Below, in pieces: positions 39,551 to 53,383 of a DNA stretch of 64,000 nt. The position numbers and the translations under genes were made by a program. Below the pieces are notes generated by a model. The model was not told the origin of the DNA, made no database searches, and saw only the letters and a program-made list of their open reading frames with translations. The stretch's first letter is position 1. Each line of letters begins with the position of its first letter. Source of the stretch: the human T2T-CHM13v2.0 reference genome, Homo sapiens; the NCBI RefSeq assembly GCF_009914755.1, contig NC_060932.1, one strand, 5' to 3'.

Positions 39551-41134
39551 GAGAGCAGTGAACTGAGTATCCAGCCAGCTGCACGAAAGAGCAGCAGAGT
39601 CAAAGGAAGTGGCAGGAAAAAAATAATGGGCAAGGCAAAAATGATGAAATAAAAATCCAGGAAGCAACATAAAGTATTAACAAAACCAAAGGTTGGTTCT
39701 TTAAAAATAGTACAAAAATAGACAAGCCTCTGGTTATATTAAGATGACACAGAGAAAGAGGGGAGAGGGATGGAAGAAGGAAGGAAGGAAAGGAAGGAAG
39801 GAAAAAGTTGATCAAGAGGATGTAACTGCAGTAGAAATTTGTAAAAATCATAAGAGGATGCTATAAATAACTTTTTATCAAAAAGTTAGATGAAATTAAA
39901 AATTGCCTTGAAGAATCAACTATACCCAAAATAAAAACCATGAATAAACCTATAATGATCCAACATAATGAATGGTTTGCTTAACTACTGTGCAGAACAG
40001 CCCACCAGGCTCAGATGTTTTTATGCTGGGGTTTATTGAGCCTTCAGGGAGCGGACAAACCCCTCAGTCGCATGCACTGTTCCAGTGAATAGCAGAAGCA
40101 AGGATGAGGTGAGAATTAGTTTATAATGTTAGCAGAAACTTGTAAACTCCCTCACCTGCGAAGGTTGATGCTACATTTCCTTCCAGAAATGTCAGGAAGT
40201 TGAATCCAGCATGACCCTAACAAGTAAGCAAGAGCCTGTTTTAACCTTTTACATTCATGGCAGCAGTTCAAGGATCCTTTGAGAAGCTCTTGTAACACGA
40301 TTTCCCCAAATTGATGGACATAAACCCATATGCTTATCTCAGCATGTGTTTAAAAAGCACTTGCTGAGATTCAGTGACCATCCAACATTAAAAACTGCTG
40401 ATAGAAGGAAACTCACTTAGCTGAATTAAGGACGTGTTCTTAAAATCTACCGCCAACGTAATGGGGAGGAGCTCACGGCGTTCGTTAATTTATTCATTCC
40501 GCAAATATGTTTTGGGCAGTTACATACCGAATAGTAGATGGAGGTGTGCCTGCTGTCATGGAGATAGGGTGATTTCATCCTGTTGATCAGGAAAACTCCT
40601 AGGTGCTTGCAGGTAAATGTGCCACAAAGAAAGTGAGGACCAAAGGTTAGTTGATGTAAAAACAAGTTTGAAATGCATTTTGGGGTAATTTATCCGGTCG
40701 CTTCGGGCATTCCTCGCGGAAGGCGTGGTCTGGTGACTCAGAAGCCAACACACTGCGGGAGTCCAGCCGTCGGCCCCCTGCCGTGTGGCGAGGCCCAGTG
40801 TGTCCCCTTTGTAAGGACAGCACAAGCAGGAGTTAATGGACCGGCCATCCATAGCGGTGGTGGGGCAGGGAGCCAGTTTCCGAAAGAAACTCACGCCGCC
40901 GCAGGAGGGCCCTGTGGGATGCTCTGTGCAGAGCTGTTGTGCGGACCGGGAGACGGGAAAGCCTGGTGGCTGCAGGAGGGCACCGTGCAGAAGTATCCAG
41001 TAAACCACCCACAGCACGGCAGCAGAAAAACGAGGAAATTATATGTGTGTATGTTTATGAGAACTCAGAAGCAATGGTGAGCAAAAAGCAAAAGCAAGAG
41101 GAGAAAGTCACAGTGTGCTGGCATCAAGTTGCAT

Positions 41135-41568
41135 TGAGAGGAGCCCGCGGGGTAGTGCACCCGCATTTCCTCGTTGCGTTGAGAGGCGCCCGCGGGGTAG
41201 TGCACCCGCATTTCCTCGTTTGAGAGGCGCCCGCGGGGTAGTGCACCCGCATTTCCTAGTTGCCTTGAGAGGTGCCGCGGGGTAGTGCACCCGCATTTCC
41301 TAGTTGCCTTGAGAGGTGCCCGCGGGGTAGTGCACCCGCATTTCCTAGTTGCCTTGAGAGGTGCCGCGGGGTAGTGCACCCGCATTTCCTCGTTTCATTG
41401 AGCGGTGCCCGCGGGGTAGTGCACTCGCATTTCCTAGTTGCCTTGAGAGGTGCCGCGGGGTAGTGCACCCGCATTTCCTCGTTTCATTGAGAGGTGCCCG
41501 CGGGGTAGTGCACCCGCATTTCCTAGTTGCCTTGAGAGGTGCCGCGGGGTAGTGCACCCACATTTCTT
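41135..41568 (+). repeat. ~44-bp CpG-rich minisatellite (gagaggtgccgcggggtagtgcacccgcatttcctagttgcctt), ~10 units
   Basis: Direct reading. Confidence 0.94.
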
Positions 41569-42369
41569 CACTCGTTTAGAGTTCGGGGCTCTCAGAACAC
41601 AGGGAGAATATGGGAGAATTCCTTACTAGATGTTACAGAGGCCACACAGGGCCACTTTTTTCTTTTTTTTTTATTGTGTCAGGTATACGTAAATATTCCT
41701 TTCGGTCAGTTCAGCACGTAGGACTGAGTGGCATTAGGTACGCTCACTGTACAGCCAATGCCTCCATAGGCCACTTTTTAAATACGCGGGGCTAAGGGCC
41801 AACGACAAGATTGTCATCGAGGACAATAAGTCGATGGCGCTGCCTGGTCACTGGCTTGGTCAGAAAACACATGCCAGGGTGACTGGATTTAACGTTCAGT
41901 TTTAGAACCACAAATCTGCCAGCCCAGGCATTCAAGAGGAAGTGAGTAATTCACTGAATTGATGGTTAGCAAGACCCTTCAAAGTCCTTGGAAGTTCCGT
42001 GTTTGCTGGGGGTCACAACAGCAATTGCGTTTCTAAAACATTGAAAACCACCCGGTTTTCACACATCTGAGTAGCCTGAGTTGTAACAGACCTAAGTAAA
42101 GGCGTCCAAACGTGCCTGATCCTGTGGCTGGGTCCCAGGAGCCTTAACAAGGCATTGAGAGAGCTGGATTGATTGATTAGACTCTTGCCAACTGCTGTGC
42201 GGAATACAGAAAATGCAGCTCCAGCTCTCAAAGGGCTGAAAATCTAATTGAGGTGAAAAAGGTAACATGTGTGAAAACCATGTCTGTGTAGACTTGTTTT
42301 GTATGGACCAGAAAAGTTGGAAGTCCAGAGATGGATGCGAGGAAGTAGGGGATGGAGTTTCCTTATAAC

Positions 42370-43002
42370 CTCTGGAGGGACAGTCCAGATACATACCGGG
42401 GTGTGTAGCGGGTGGAGGTTCTAAGACAGGCTGGAGGAACAGTGCAGACACACACCAGGGTGTGTAGGGGGTAGAGGTTCTAAGACAGTCTGGAGGGAGA
42501 GTGCAGACACACACCGGGGTGTGTAAGCAGTGGAGGTTCTAAGACAGGCTGGAGGAACAGTGGAGACACACACCAGGGCGTGTAGGGGGTAGAGGTTCTA
42601 AGACAGGCTGGAGGAACAGTGCAGACACACACCACGGCATGTAGGGGGTAGAGGTTCTAAGACAGTCTGGTGGGAGAGTGCAGACACACACCGGGGTGTG
42701 TAAGCAGTGGAGGTTCTAAGACAGGCTGGAGGAACAGTGGAGACACACACCAGGGCGTGTAGGGGGTAGAGGTTCTAAGACAGGCTGGAGGAACAGTGGA
42801 GACACACACCACGGCGTGTAGGGGGTAGAGGTTCTAAGACAGTCTGGTGGGAGAGTGCAGACACACACGGGGCTGTGTCGGGGATAGAGGTTCTAAGACA
42901 GTCTGGTGGGAGAGTGCAGACACACACCAGGGCGTGTAGGGGGTGGAAGTTCTAAGACAGGCTGGAGGAACAGTGGAGACACACACTGGGGAGCGTAGGG
43001 GT
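42370..43002 (+). repeat. 59-bp minisatellite (gaggttctaagacaggctggaggaacagtggagacacacaccagggcgtgtagggggta), ~10 units
   Basis: ggttctaagaca recurs every 59 nt. Confidence 0.95.
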
Positions 43003-44250
43003 GCTTTTCTCTGAGTCCCCTAGTACATGGTAGAGGCTGTAGACCCTCCGCTCTTGGGCACGTGGGTAGGCTCTCAGGATGACTCTTGGCTCTTGGGCAT
43101 GTGGGTGAGCTCTCAGGATGATGCCCAGCCCCAATTTTCAGGCAATTGTGCAAGGACTTGACCCATTCATCCGCTGAGCTGAGTTGCTGAGACTGCTGGG
43201 TGCCCGGGTGGTGATCATTGTCCGTGGCATACAGAACACACTGCAGCTTCTGCAAAGTGAGCTCATTTCACGCATTTTATGGCTTTGCCAGGCTGCTGTT
43301 GACCTGCCAGAACTTTTAATCAGACATTTGGAGGACCTGTTTTGTAGTCAGTGGAGAAATATTACAAGGATAGGGTAATTTGAAATATCTAAGGATTGTA
43401 AGTGACAAGTTCATGTCTAATTTTGCATTTCCAGTGAAAGCAAGTGTTGGCTTTGAATGTTACTTATGTGCTGAGATGTGTATATTCCTCAGTGCTTAAT
43501 TACTAAGGATTTTTAAGGCCAAGTTTTGTTACAGTGAATGATTGTGGATGCATAAAGAATAAATTTAATATTTTTAAGGCATGGAGATTATTTGTATCTA
43601 AGAAACCAGGTAAAATAAAGAAACATTTATGCTTGTGTGACTGATAAAAGAGTTAGAGAGACACTCATATTCTGGGAGTTTGAAGAATGTCATTTTCATT
43701 CTCTAAAAGTCTTGTTAGTGTCACAGCATTGAAAATTTAAAAATCCGTGTGTATTTTCTTGCTAGTGCTGGTACTTGAATATCTGTATCATCCACCTATC
43801 CATCCACCTACCCATATTTCTATAATCCACCGTCCATCTACATGCCTATCATCTGTCCACCATTTCTCTCTGTCTAATTTTCAAAACATCCTGTAAGTTT
43901 ATATAAAGGAAGATTTTTCTTCTTGTGAAGTTCTCTAAGGCTGACAAGTTACCTGGCATGACTGTGGTGGATGCCCATAGCCAGGTGGTCCTCGGGGTAC
44001 AGATGGGGCAGGGGCACTTGTGAGAAACACCTGAAGTGCTTTTCCCCAGCCTCCCCGGCCCTGCCCGGGTGGTGGAGGCGCTGCACGGTGCCTTCCATGG
44101 AGCAAGCCCGGGGCTCCGCAGGGTCCTCAGCATGATTCAGATTTCCTTCCACCCCCAGCTCTAGATGATTTGGTAAAACCACAAACAGGCACAAAACAGC
44201 CCACATGGAATTCTAAAGTTTTAATTTCATTTTGGAATTTATGCACTCAG

Positions 44251-44414
44251 ATGAAATGATTTATGATGATGTTGAGAATGGGGATGAAGGTGGAAACAGC
44301 TCCTTGGAATACGGATGGAGTTCGAGTGAATTTGAAAGTTACGAAGAGCAGAGTGACTCGGAGTGCAAGAATGGGATTCCCAGGTCCTTCCTGCGCAGCA
44401 ACCACAAAAAGCAA
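44251..44414 (+). CDS. ARHGEF10: ARHGEF10 exon 8 (164 nt), DEMIYDDVENGDEGGNSSLEYGWSSSEFESYEE...RSNHKKQ
   Basis: Acceptor atgcactcag|; donor CAA|gtacgt; in ORF 44232..44477; phase 1-0. Confidence 0.96.
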
Positions 44415-44865
44415 GTACGTGTTCCCTGCACATGTGAGGGATGGTTCTCTCGCGTTAACACGGACAGGGGGCTGTGAATATGATTGTGATCCACCTAGTA
44501 CTTCATAGTGATTTGTTAAGATGCTGATAAGTAGTTTGGGGAAAGCATAAGATATTGGCAAAGGAGAAGACGTGTCTTGTTTCATATAGTTAAGTATCGT
44601 CATGGAAAGATGGAGAAATTAAGCTTCTATAATCCACTTAAAAGGTCTTAAATGAGCTCACCACCTTGAATAAGAAAGTAGTTATTCTCTGAATTGCTTG
44701 TGTTTTAATGTATTATGTGCTTTGCACGTAGCACCGTTTGCGGAACACTGAATAGATGGGATCGGGGTTCCCTAAGACACAGCACATCTGCACTTTGCTT
44801 TAAGTGAGGTTTCAACTTTAGCATGTTCAGCATGAAAAGGAAGACGTAAAAATAGAAGATGTTAA

Positions 44866-45208
<343 letters not shown>

Positions 45209-45851
45209 GATGATCCTTTCTTACAGGGAATTTTTATTTTACTTTTTTTGTGGAAAAGTCTTGAGATTAGGGTGTGAGGTGGGATGTCAGAGCTGTAAGG
45301 CGTGAATTCTGGAATTGGGTGGTTGTGAGTCATGGAACCCAGGAACCATTCAGCTGAGGCACCTCCCAGGTCTCGGTGGTGCCAGGCCGTGCCACCGGTG
45401 TTTTGTTAGAGTTTTTTTTGACTGTTTGTAAAAGGATAGATTTGTGCTCATCTACAGTGATGTCTGTGTACTTTCTGTGTGAGGCTGAGATGGAAGCCAC
45501 ACGCAGTCCTGGTCTGAGGCTGGCGAGTCCCGTGTTACTGATAGAGATGGTGAACGGATGCCCGCCATAGTGACAGTTGTCGATAACCGGTGTTATCCCT
45601 CCGGTCCCCTAGTAACCCCCAGTAAGCGGAGATTTCATTCCTGGACCTAGCTGCCACGTCCCTATGGTTTACAAGTGATTATGGGCTGCCTACAATTCTC
45701 ATATTCTGTGAACCTGGCTCGTGAAACTCAAGGAGAATCTACTAGATCTTGGCAGTCAGCTCACCTACCCAGTTTCATTCACAAGTTCTTCCAGGAATTA
45801 GATCTTTTCTGCCACCGTCATCATTACAACTGCGATTTAAACAACCGATGA

Positions 45852-46163
<312 letters not shown>

Positions 46164-47114
46164 TGCAATTGTAGTTTTTAACAGCTGATAACTGAGGTGA
46201 TATTTCGCTTGCTGTAGCTGAGTCAGACACTTGATTTAAACTGAGATTTAAGAAGAGTGCTGGGCTCTGACATCACAGATGGAGGCTCGGTGTGTGCCTC
46301 GGAGCGTGGGTTAAATGCTCTTCAGTTTCGCCTTCATGGTGGGCTGTGGACAGAGGGGCCAGGCCACTGAGGAGCCGAGAGGCATTAGTAGTCACTCCTT
46401 GGTAGTAATTCAGGAGACCCTGCCCTTGCTTTGGAGCGGGCCCGTATCCCAGAGGAGCCCTTGACTGTCTGGGCAGTGCCAGTGGTTCAGCAGCCCTCCC
46501 TGCTAGGCGAAGGAGCTGGGGAAAGCCAGCATACAGTGGGTTTGTGGTGCAGAATTACAACCCGGGAGCGCTGGGCTCTGCATTTCCAGCCTCTCCTACA
46601 CGTCCATGTTGCCAGGACAGTGGCCTGGACCGGGGGTGGGAATACTGTGTGGGGTGCAGACAGGGCGCCCGTGTGTTAGGCCTGTCCAGGATGGAAGTGC
46701 TGCAGGCAGCACCAAGTTTTCTCGTTCAAAGGGTCACATTTTAAAAACGACCAAAATAAAACTATATGTTGTTCAAAAGTCATCTCAAAAAATCTCGAAT
46801 TTTGTTAAAAACTTCCTAAAGTGTCTGTGACATGAGAAATGCCCCGAGACGAGCCAGTGGGGCCTCAGCCACGTGCATCTGAAGTGTCTGTGACCACACG
46901 GAGAAGGATCCAGGGGGTCCCCAGTCCCGTCAGTTAGAGAGAAAGTGATCTCAGGTTGGAGACCCTTGAAAATCCGTGCTGCCATCCCCAAAATATGTCA
47001 CTTTCAGTATAGTTTAAATACAAGTATCTTTTGCTTGGATGCCAACATAAAAAATGATTTTATGTATTTTTATTTATTGGATAATTTTTATTCCACCAAA
47101 ATGTAAACGAATGA

Positions 47115-47531
<417 letters not shown>

Positions 47532-47726
47532 AACTATTTGTGCATTTATCTCTCAAGGACCAACTGGGCTAGTAATGGGGACTCTCGCGTGTGGTCCCAG
47601 AAGCCCCCAGCCAGGACAGGCCTGATGTGCCACTGCAGACGCTGCCAGCATCCTCTCAATGTAAAATTGTCCCAAAGAACCAAAAAGAGCCTTTTTGTGA
47701 AAAGACTGTGTCTCTTTATGCTGTAG

Positions 47727-47843
47727 CTTTCTCATGACCTAACCCGTTTAAAGGAGCACTATGAGAAAAAGATGAGAGATTTGATGGCAAGCACGGTGGG
47801 CGTGGTGGAGATTCAGCAGCTCAGGCAGAAGCATGAACTGAAG
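47727..47843 (+). CDS. ARHGEF10: ARHGEF10 exon 9 (117 nt), LSHDLTRLKEHYEKKMRDLMASTVGVVEIQQLRQKHELK (coiled-coil-like)
   Basis: Acceptor tctctttatgctgtag|; donor AAG|gtagag; phase 0-0. Confidence 0.95.
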
Positions 47844-50313
47844 GTAGAGTCTTGCCCCCGGCCGCTGCCCCCACTTGCCAGCCGGGCAGTAAAGAAAAAC
47901 CGCGCGGCTCGGTCGGTCCTTGCTGTCTCAACAGCGGTTCTCAAAGGGTGGTCCGGGGCTCCCGGAATCCCCCGACGCTTTGGGGCTCACGTGGACTCTG
48001 AGACGCTCTGTGCCTTTCACTGTCTCCCTCTTACGGGGAACCCAGGAACATTCTGGAGGCTCCACAGCTGTGGCCTCACCGCTGGCGGAATGCCATCTGG
48101 CTGTCTACTAGAGAGGGGTTTCCAGAAACGCACAATGCCACTTTCTGTTTGTTTTGGAAAATACAGCAATTTTTCATCAATGTTATTTAAGATAACATGT
48201 AATAGGTTGATTATTTTTTAAATGAACATTTATAAAAATATCCAAAATTTTTCAGCGTTTTAACTTCAAATGCAGTAAATATTGATACATAAAACCCTGG
48301 TAAACAAAAGCCATTTGGGCTCTCCATAATTTTTAAGAGCGTCCAGGGCCCCTGAGACCGGAATGCTTGAGAACTGCCGGACCTGAGTGTCGTGACAGTC
48401 TGTTCTGAGCGATGTCTTTTAAAAGGGCACTGTCAAGTACTGTTTCCTGCAATTGGACCTTTTATCCTGCTGGTATTTTGTGATCATTCATATGTGTTGA
48501 ATGGCACTCACTGGAAAGGGATGTGCACTCCACACAGCTTCTGGAGCAGCCGGCTCATCCGCCCTGTTGTGCTTGGGCCATCAGAAGCCACAGCCACAGC
48601 CGCCCCCTGGGAGCCGCGTTACCCCCTCACATGCAGCATCTGGCTGGCTCCCCTGCAGGGTGTCTGATGGGACCTGCCGGAGGCTGCAGGCAGTGTGGCG
48701 GGGTTTCTGAGGAGTGGAGGGCGCCATCAGAACCATGGGAGGGGTGTGTGAGCTACGTTTGGAGGTTTTCACAGACACGGGGAGTGCCCTGGCTGAAGCA
48801 GGTGAGGGCACTGTGGGAAGTGGGAAAGGAAGGCTGGGGAGGCAGCCAGGGCTGGGCCCAGCACGCTCGCTTCCCCTGGTGAGAACACCCCTGTGTCAGC
48901 CCTGAGAGCCGGGAGTCCTGGCCGAGGCTGTGACCTGGAACCCGGGGTCTCACCTGCTCTGGGGCTCAGGGAGCATGGCGGCCCTCCAGTTTGTCAGTTT
49001 GCAGTTCTCTGATACTCTGTCCGGGGACCCTGAACGGCGCTGGCTGAAAACCAAGGGTTCACAGCCCAAATCTGGGGTTGAGAAAGAGCAGGATGTAGAC
49101 AGGCTGTGCAGGACGGAAACGCGCAGGCGGGCAGGGCTGTCTGCGGCATCGGGCGGGAGGCAGGGGACATGGGTGCAGGGGCCAAGGAAATGGCAGCAGG
49201 ACATGGTCCCATGTGGGGTTGGGAGATGCAGGAGCAGGGGAGCCCCCGGGGGATGGGGGACAGCATTGCAAGTGATGGAGATGGGCTGGGGCAGGCGACG
49301 CGGGTGTGAGGCCGTGCGTGTTGTGTGGTGTTCATGGTGAACGCTTCAGGAAGGCAGCCCTCAGGCGTTTGGAAGTCCAGGGCAGGCAGACACGGCCAGG
49401 GCTACAGCGACGCTGTCTGCACGCTGGTGCCCAGCAGCCCTGCTCCTCACGCGGTGGTGTGACCCAGATGAGGAGAGCCTGGTTCTCAGCTGCACTGCTG
49501 GTCCCTTTGAGAGGTCCCTGGGATGGGGACATCGGTTGTCCCATAAGAGATCATCTTTTAAAGACGAAATCACTCAGCGTCCAGTGGCCAGTACCTCAGA
49601 TGTTGGGTTTTTAAGGAATAAGAAATCAGATGGCAGGAGACGCCTCAGACGCCCCTGAGTCTAGGCAGCCGTGAGTGTCCAGCACAGCTCTGGCCGAGGA
49701 AGTGGAGGCAGGGAGCCCCAGGCCAGGGGGACATGGCTTCCGAGTCTGACATCCGCAGCGTGCTGCACCCCGACCCTCCCTCAGGTGTGTCCCGTGCGTG
49801 TCTGCAGCATTTGCCAGGGTCTTGCATTCAGCCCCGTGGCTGGAGCTGGGTCCGTGTAACCATGCGTGTGAGGCGGCCCTGTCAACAGCTGGCCATGCCC
49901 CCACATGGGGTGCAGTGGGAAGCCCCGGGGAGGTTAAAAGGCTGAACTGGAGCTGTGAGCGTCTGCAGTTAGTTGTTTTGCCATTTAATTCGAGGCGAGT
50001 TGTTTGACATTTGTGCATGTTAGTGACTCACCTGTGACCCCCACGTAGCTCTTTGTGTGAGTGGATCACATATAATACCATAAATGGGGCAGGGAACATG
50101 TTTCACCATGTCCAGGAAGGGCTGTATTTTTAAGGTCTGTTTTTTCCTTTTTTCCAACAAACAAAACCAAAACAAAACCTAGCCCAGAACTGCACGTGAC
50201 ACATGCGCTCACAAGAACCAGACTACTTGACAGTATTCTTTTAAAACAGGCAAATGAAAGTCGCAGGTGGGTTCTGCCGCCGTCCCGTTCTCACATCTCC
50301 CTCTCCGTCGCAG

Positions 50314-50428
50314 ATGCAGAAGCTCGTGAAGGCCGCGAAGGACGGCACCAAGGACGGGCTGGAGAGGACCAGGGCAGCCGTGAAGAGGGGCCGCTCCTTC
50401 ATCAGGACCAAGTCTCTCATCGCACAGG
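50314..50428 (+). CDS. ARHGEF10: ARHGEF10 exon 10 (115 nt), MQKLVKAAKDGTKDGLERTRAAVKRGRSFIRTKSLIAQ
   Basis: Acceptor ctccctctccgtcgcag|; donor CAGG|gtccgt; in ORF 50254..50571; phase 0-1. Confidence 0.96.
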
Positions 50429-51789
50429 GTCCGTGCCTGCGGGTCTTCTTGCGGGGAGGACACGGGGTTGGGGGGGCGGCCACATCTTGTGGGGAGGACT
50501 CGGGGTGGGGGGCGGCCGCGCAGGCTCCCACAGCCTTAGGGAGCACCAGCCTGCTCAGTGCTTGGGTCTGAATCAGCCCTGCTGACCCCAGCCTCCCCGT
50601 CCTGCAGGGGTGGCGTTTTAGACCGAGGGCACCCAGCAGCAGAGAATCATTGAGAATCATTGAGAATCACTGGCTGGACATAGGAAGGGCTGTGCAGGGG
50701 CCTCTGTCACTGTGGATTCTTAGTATTGGACTCTGTATTTATAGCACATTGGCCCTCCTGGGCATGGTCCCGCAGGGACTGAGGTCGTGAGCGTCCTGAA
50801 CTGGCATTTCAGGAATCTTTTCCTTGGTGAGGGGAGATTTGGAGTAGACAGCTGAAGTTCCAGGTTTTTCTAAACATCTAACGAAGGCGCAGTGGTCTGT
50901 GCAGTTATGTGTGGAAAAGGCAGGTGGTGTGGAGGTGTCGTGCACGGCGGCAACAAGCAGCAGGCTGGGGTCATTTACCGTCCGAGGAGACTTCTCGGAG
51001 CCTTTGTGCACGGATGTCCTAAGGTCGAGTTACGGGAGGGTGACTGAGACTTCACTGTCATACAGGGGTCGCTGTGACTCTGACCTGGCATTTCCTGGTT
51101 GTTTCTCCAGCTTTCTAATGTGCCTGTCTGGTGCTAGGACGTGGGTAGCATTTGCTAATATCTGTACTTGGAAGGGACTTTGCAGTCACGTTGTCCCTCA
51201 AGGAACGGCCTCGGATACGATGTGTAATTGGTATGACATGGTGTAACTCAGGAGGCCTTTTCCTCTTTCAGTCCTAATGAAGCCCTCGGCATCTCAGACA
51301 AGGTGGGGGTAAGCTGTCAGCATCCCCGAGGGGTTTATTTGGTGATGGAGACGGGCAGGTGCATTCTAATAAAATGTGCAGTAGTATCATGCCCTGATGA
51401 GGTGCCATGAGGTGCTCAGGGCAGCAAAGGACAGCCTTTGAGGAGGTGGCCATATTACACAGCCCCTGGAAGGCACAGGCAGCTCTGTCCAGTGAGGAGT
51501 TGGGATTTGGGGCCACATTCACTGCCTCAAGGAGTGTGTCTGCCACCAGCAGCAACCCCCCAACTGGAGCCCAGATTCCAGGAGCTGATCACAACTGCCC
51601 ACCTGGAGCCCATGCCAGGCCCCTGAGCCAGGATTTGCAGGCTGGCAGAGTCCCCCGGGACTGGGTGTGTGGGACAGTCTGAGAAGCCCGGAGTCAGCCC
51701 CTGGGAGCAGGTCATGCTTTGTCTCTGGTTTAGGGGTACTCTTTTGGGGGTCAGTTGTAGAGATGCGGCAGTTTAATAGGCAAATCCTT

Positions 51790-52120
<331 letters not shown>

Positions 52121-52164
52121 CTAAGCCATAAAATGAGAGGCTTGGACAGAATTTCGTTCTTCGT

Positions 52165-52330
52165 CCTGGTTGTACCTAAGAATTAACTAGAAAGCTTTTA
52201 AAACAGGCTGGTGCCAGGCCCTCCTTCCCTGGCTGATCCGTTGATCTCTGAGGGAAAAGTCTGGGCATCAGTAGGTTTTAAAGCCCCTTAGATAGATGTT
52301 TCTGTGCAGCCAGGGTTTGGGATCTTTGAA
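52165..52330. mobile_element. MER5A-like DNA transposon remnant
   Basis: agaattaactagaaagcttttaaaa...gccaggccc...ctgggcatcagtaggttttaaagcccc...tgtgcagccagggtttggga resembles MER5A. Confidence 0.55.
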
Positions 52331-52444
52331 CTAGAAAAACTCAGGTTTCTATCATCTAAAAGTGCCTGTGCTTTTCTGATTTCCAGCCATTTTGTGGATG
52401 CTTTAATGTAGTTAGCTGTGTTTTAAAAAAATGAATGTAGGCGT

Positions 52445-52741
<297 letters not shown>

Positions 52742-53276
52742 TGAATTTAGTTTTTGTTTAAACTGTTTTGAGTTTTGGAAAGCTGTGCTTCTTAAGGCAT
52801 CCAGTGAGAGAGACAGAAGAAATATACTAAGTGCCACCTCAGTTTTCAATGACTTTTGACTCACCTCAGTTTTCAATGACTGTTCTTAGCCATTCTTAGC
52901 TGTGTTTCCTTGTTTCTGATTGTGATATTTTATAGATTAAGAAACTAAAATATTTAATTTAGGAAATATTCTAAAACACTAAGATTCCAAAATATTGCCA
53001 CTTTGCTATCTAGCTATTCAAATGGCACTTCTCCTTTTTGAAGTTAAACTTTAAATACTGAAAATTTTAAATACAGACAAATATTGTATTACCCTCTGGA
53101 AAGAATATTTTATTGGATTTGTTAAAAATTCAACTTAATAATAGCTGGGTGTCAAGTAAGCATGGAAAATTGAAAGGTCTACACAAAATATTTATTTGAC
53201 TTTTTTTTACTGTACTGTAGTGTTGTGAATATATTATTTGAATGTAAAATTCATGCATTTTGACTTTTTTTTTAAG

Positions 53277-53383
53277 ATCACAGATCTTCTCTTGAGGAAG
53301 AACAGAATTTGTTCATTGATGTTGACTGCAAGCACCCGGAAGCCATCTTGACCCCGATGCCCGAGGGTTTATCTCAGCAGCAG
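53277..53383 (+). CDS. ARHGEF10: ARHGEF10 exon 11 (107 nt), DHRSSLEEEQNLFIDVDCKHPEAILTPMPEGLSQQQ
   Basis: Acceptor tgac(t)9aag|; donor CAG|gtgaga; phase 1-0. Confidence 0.95.
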
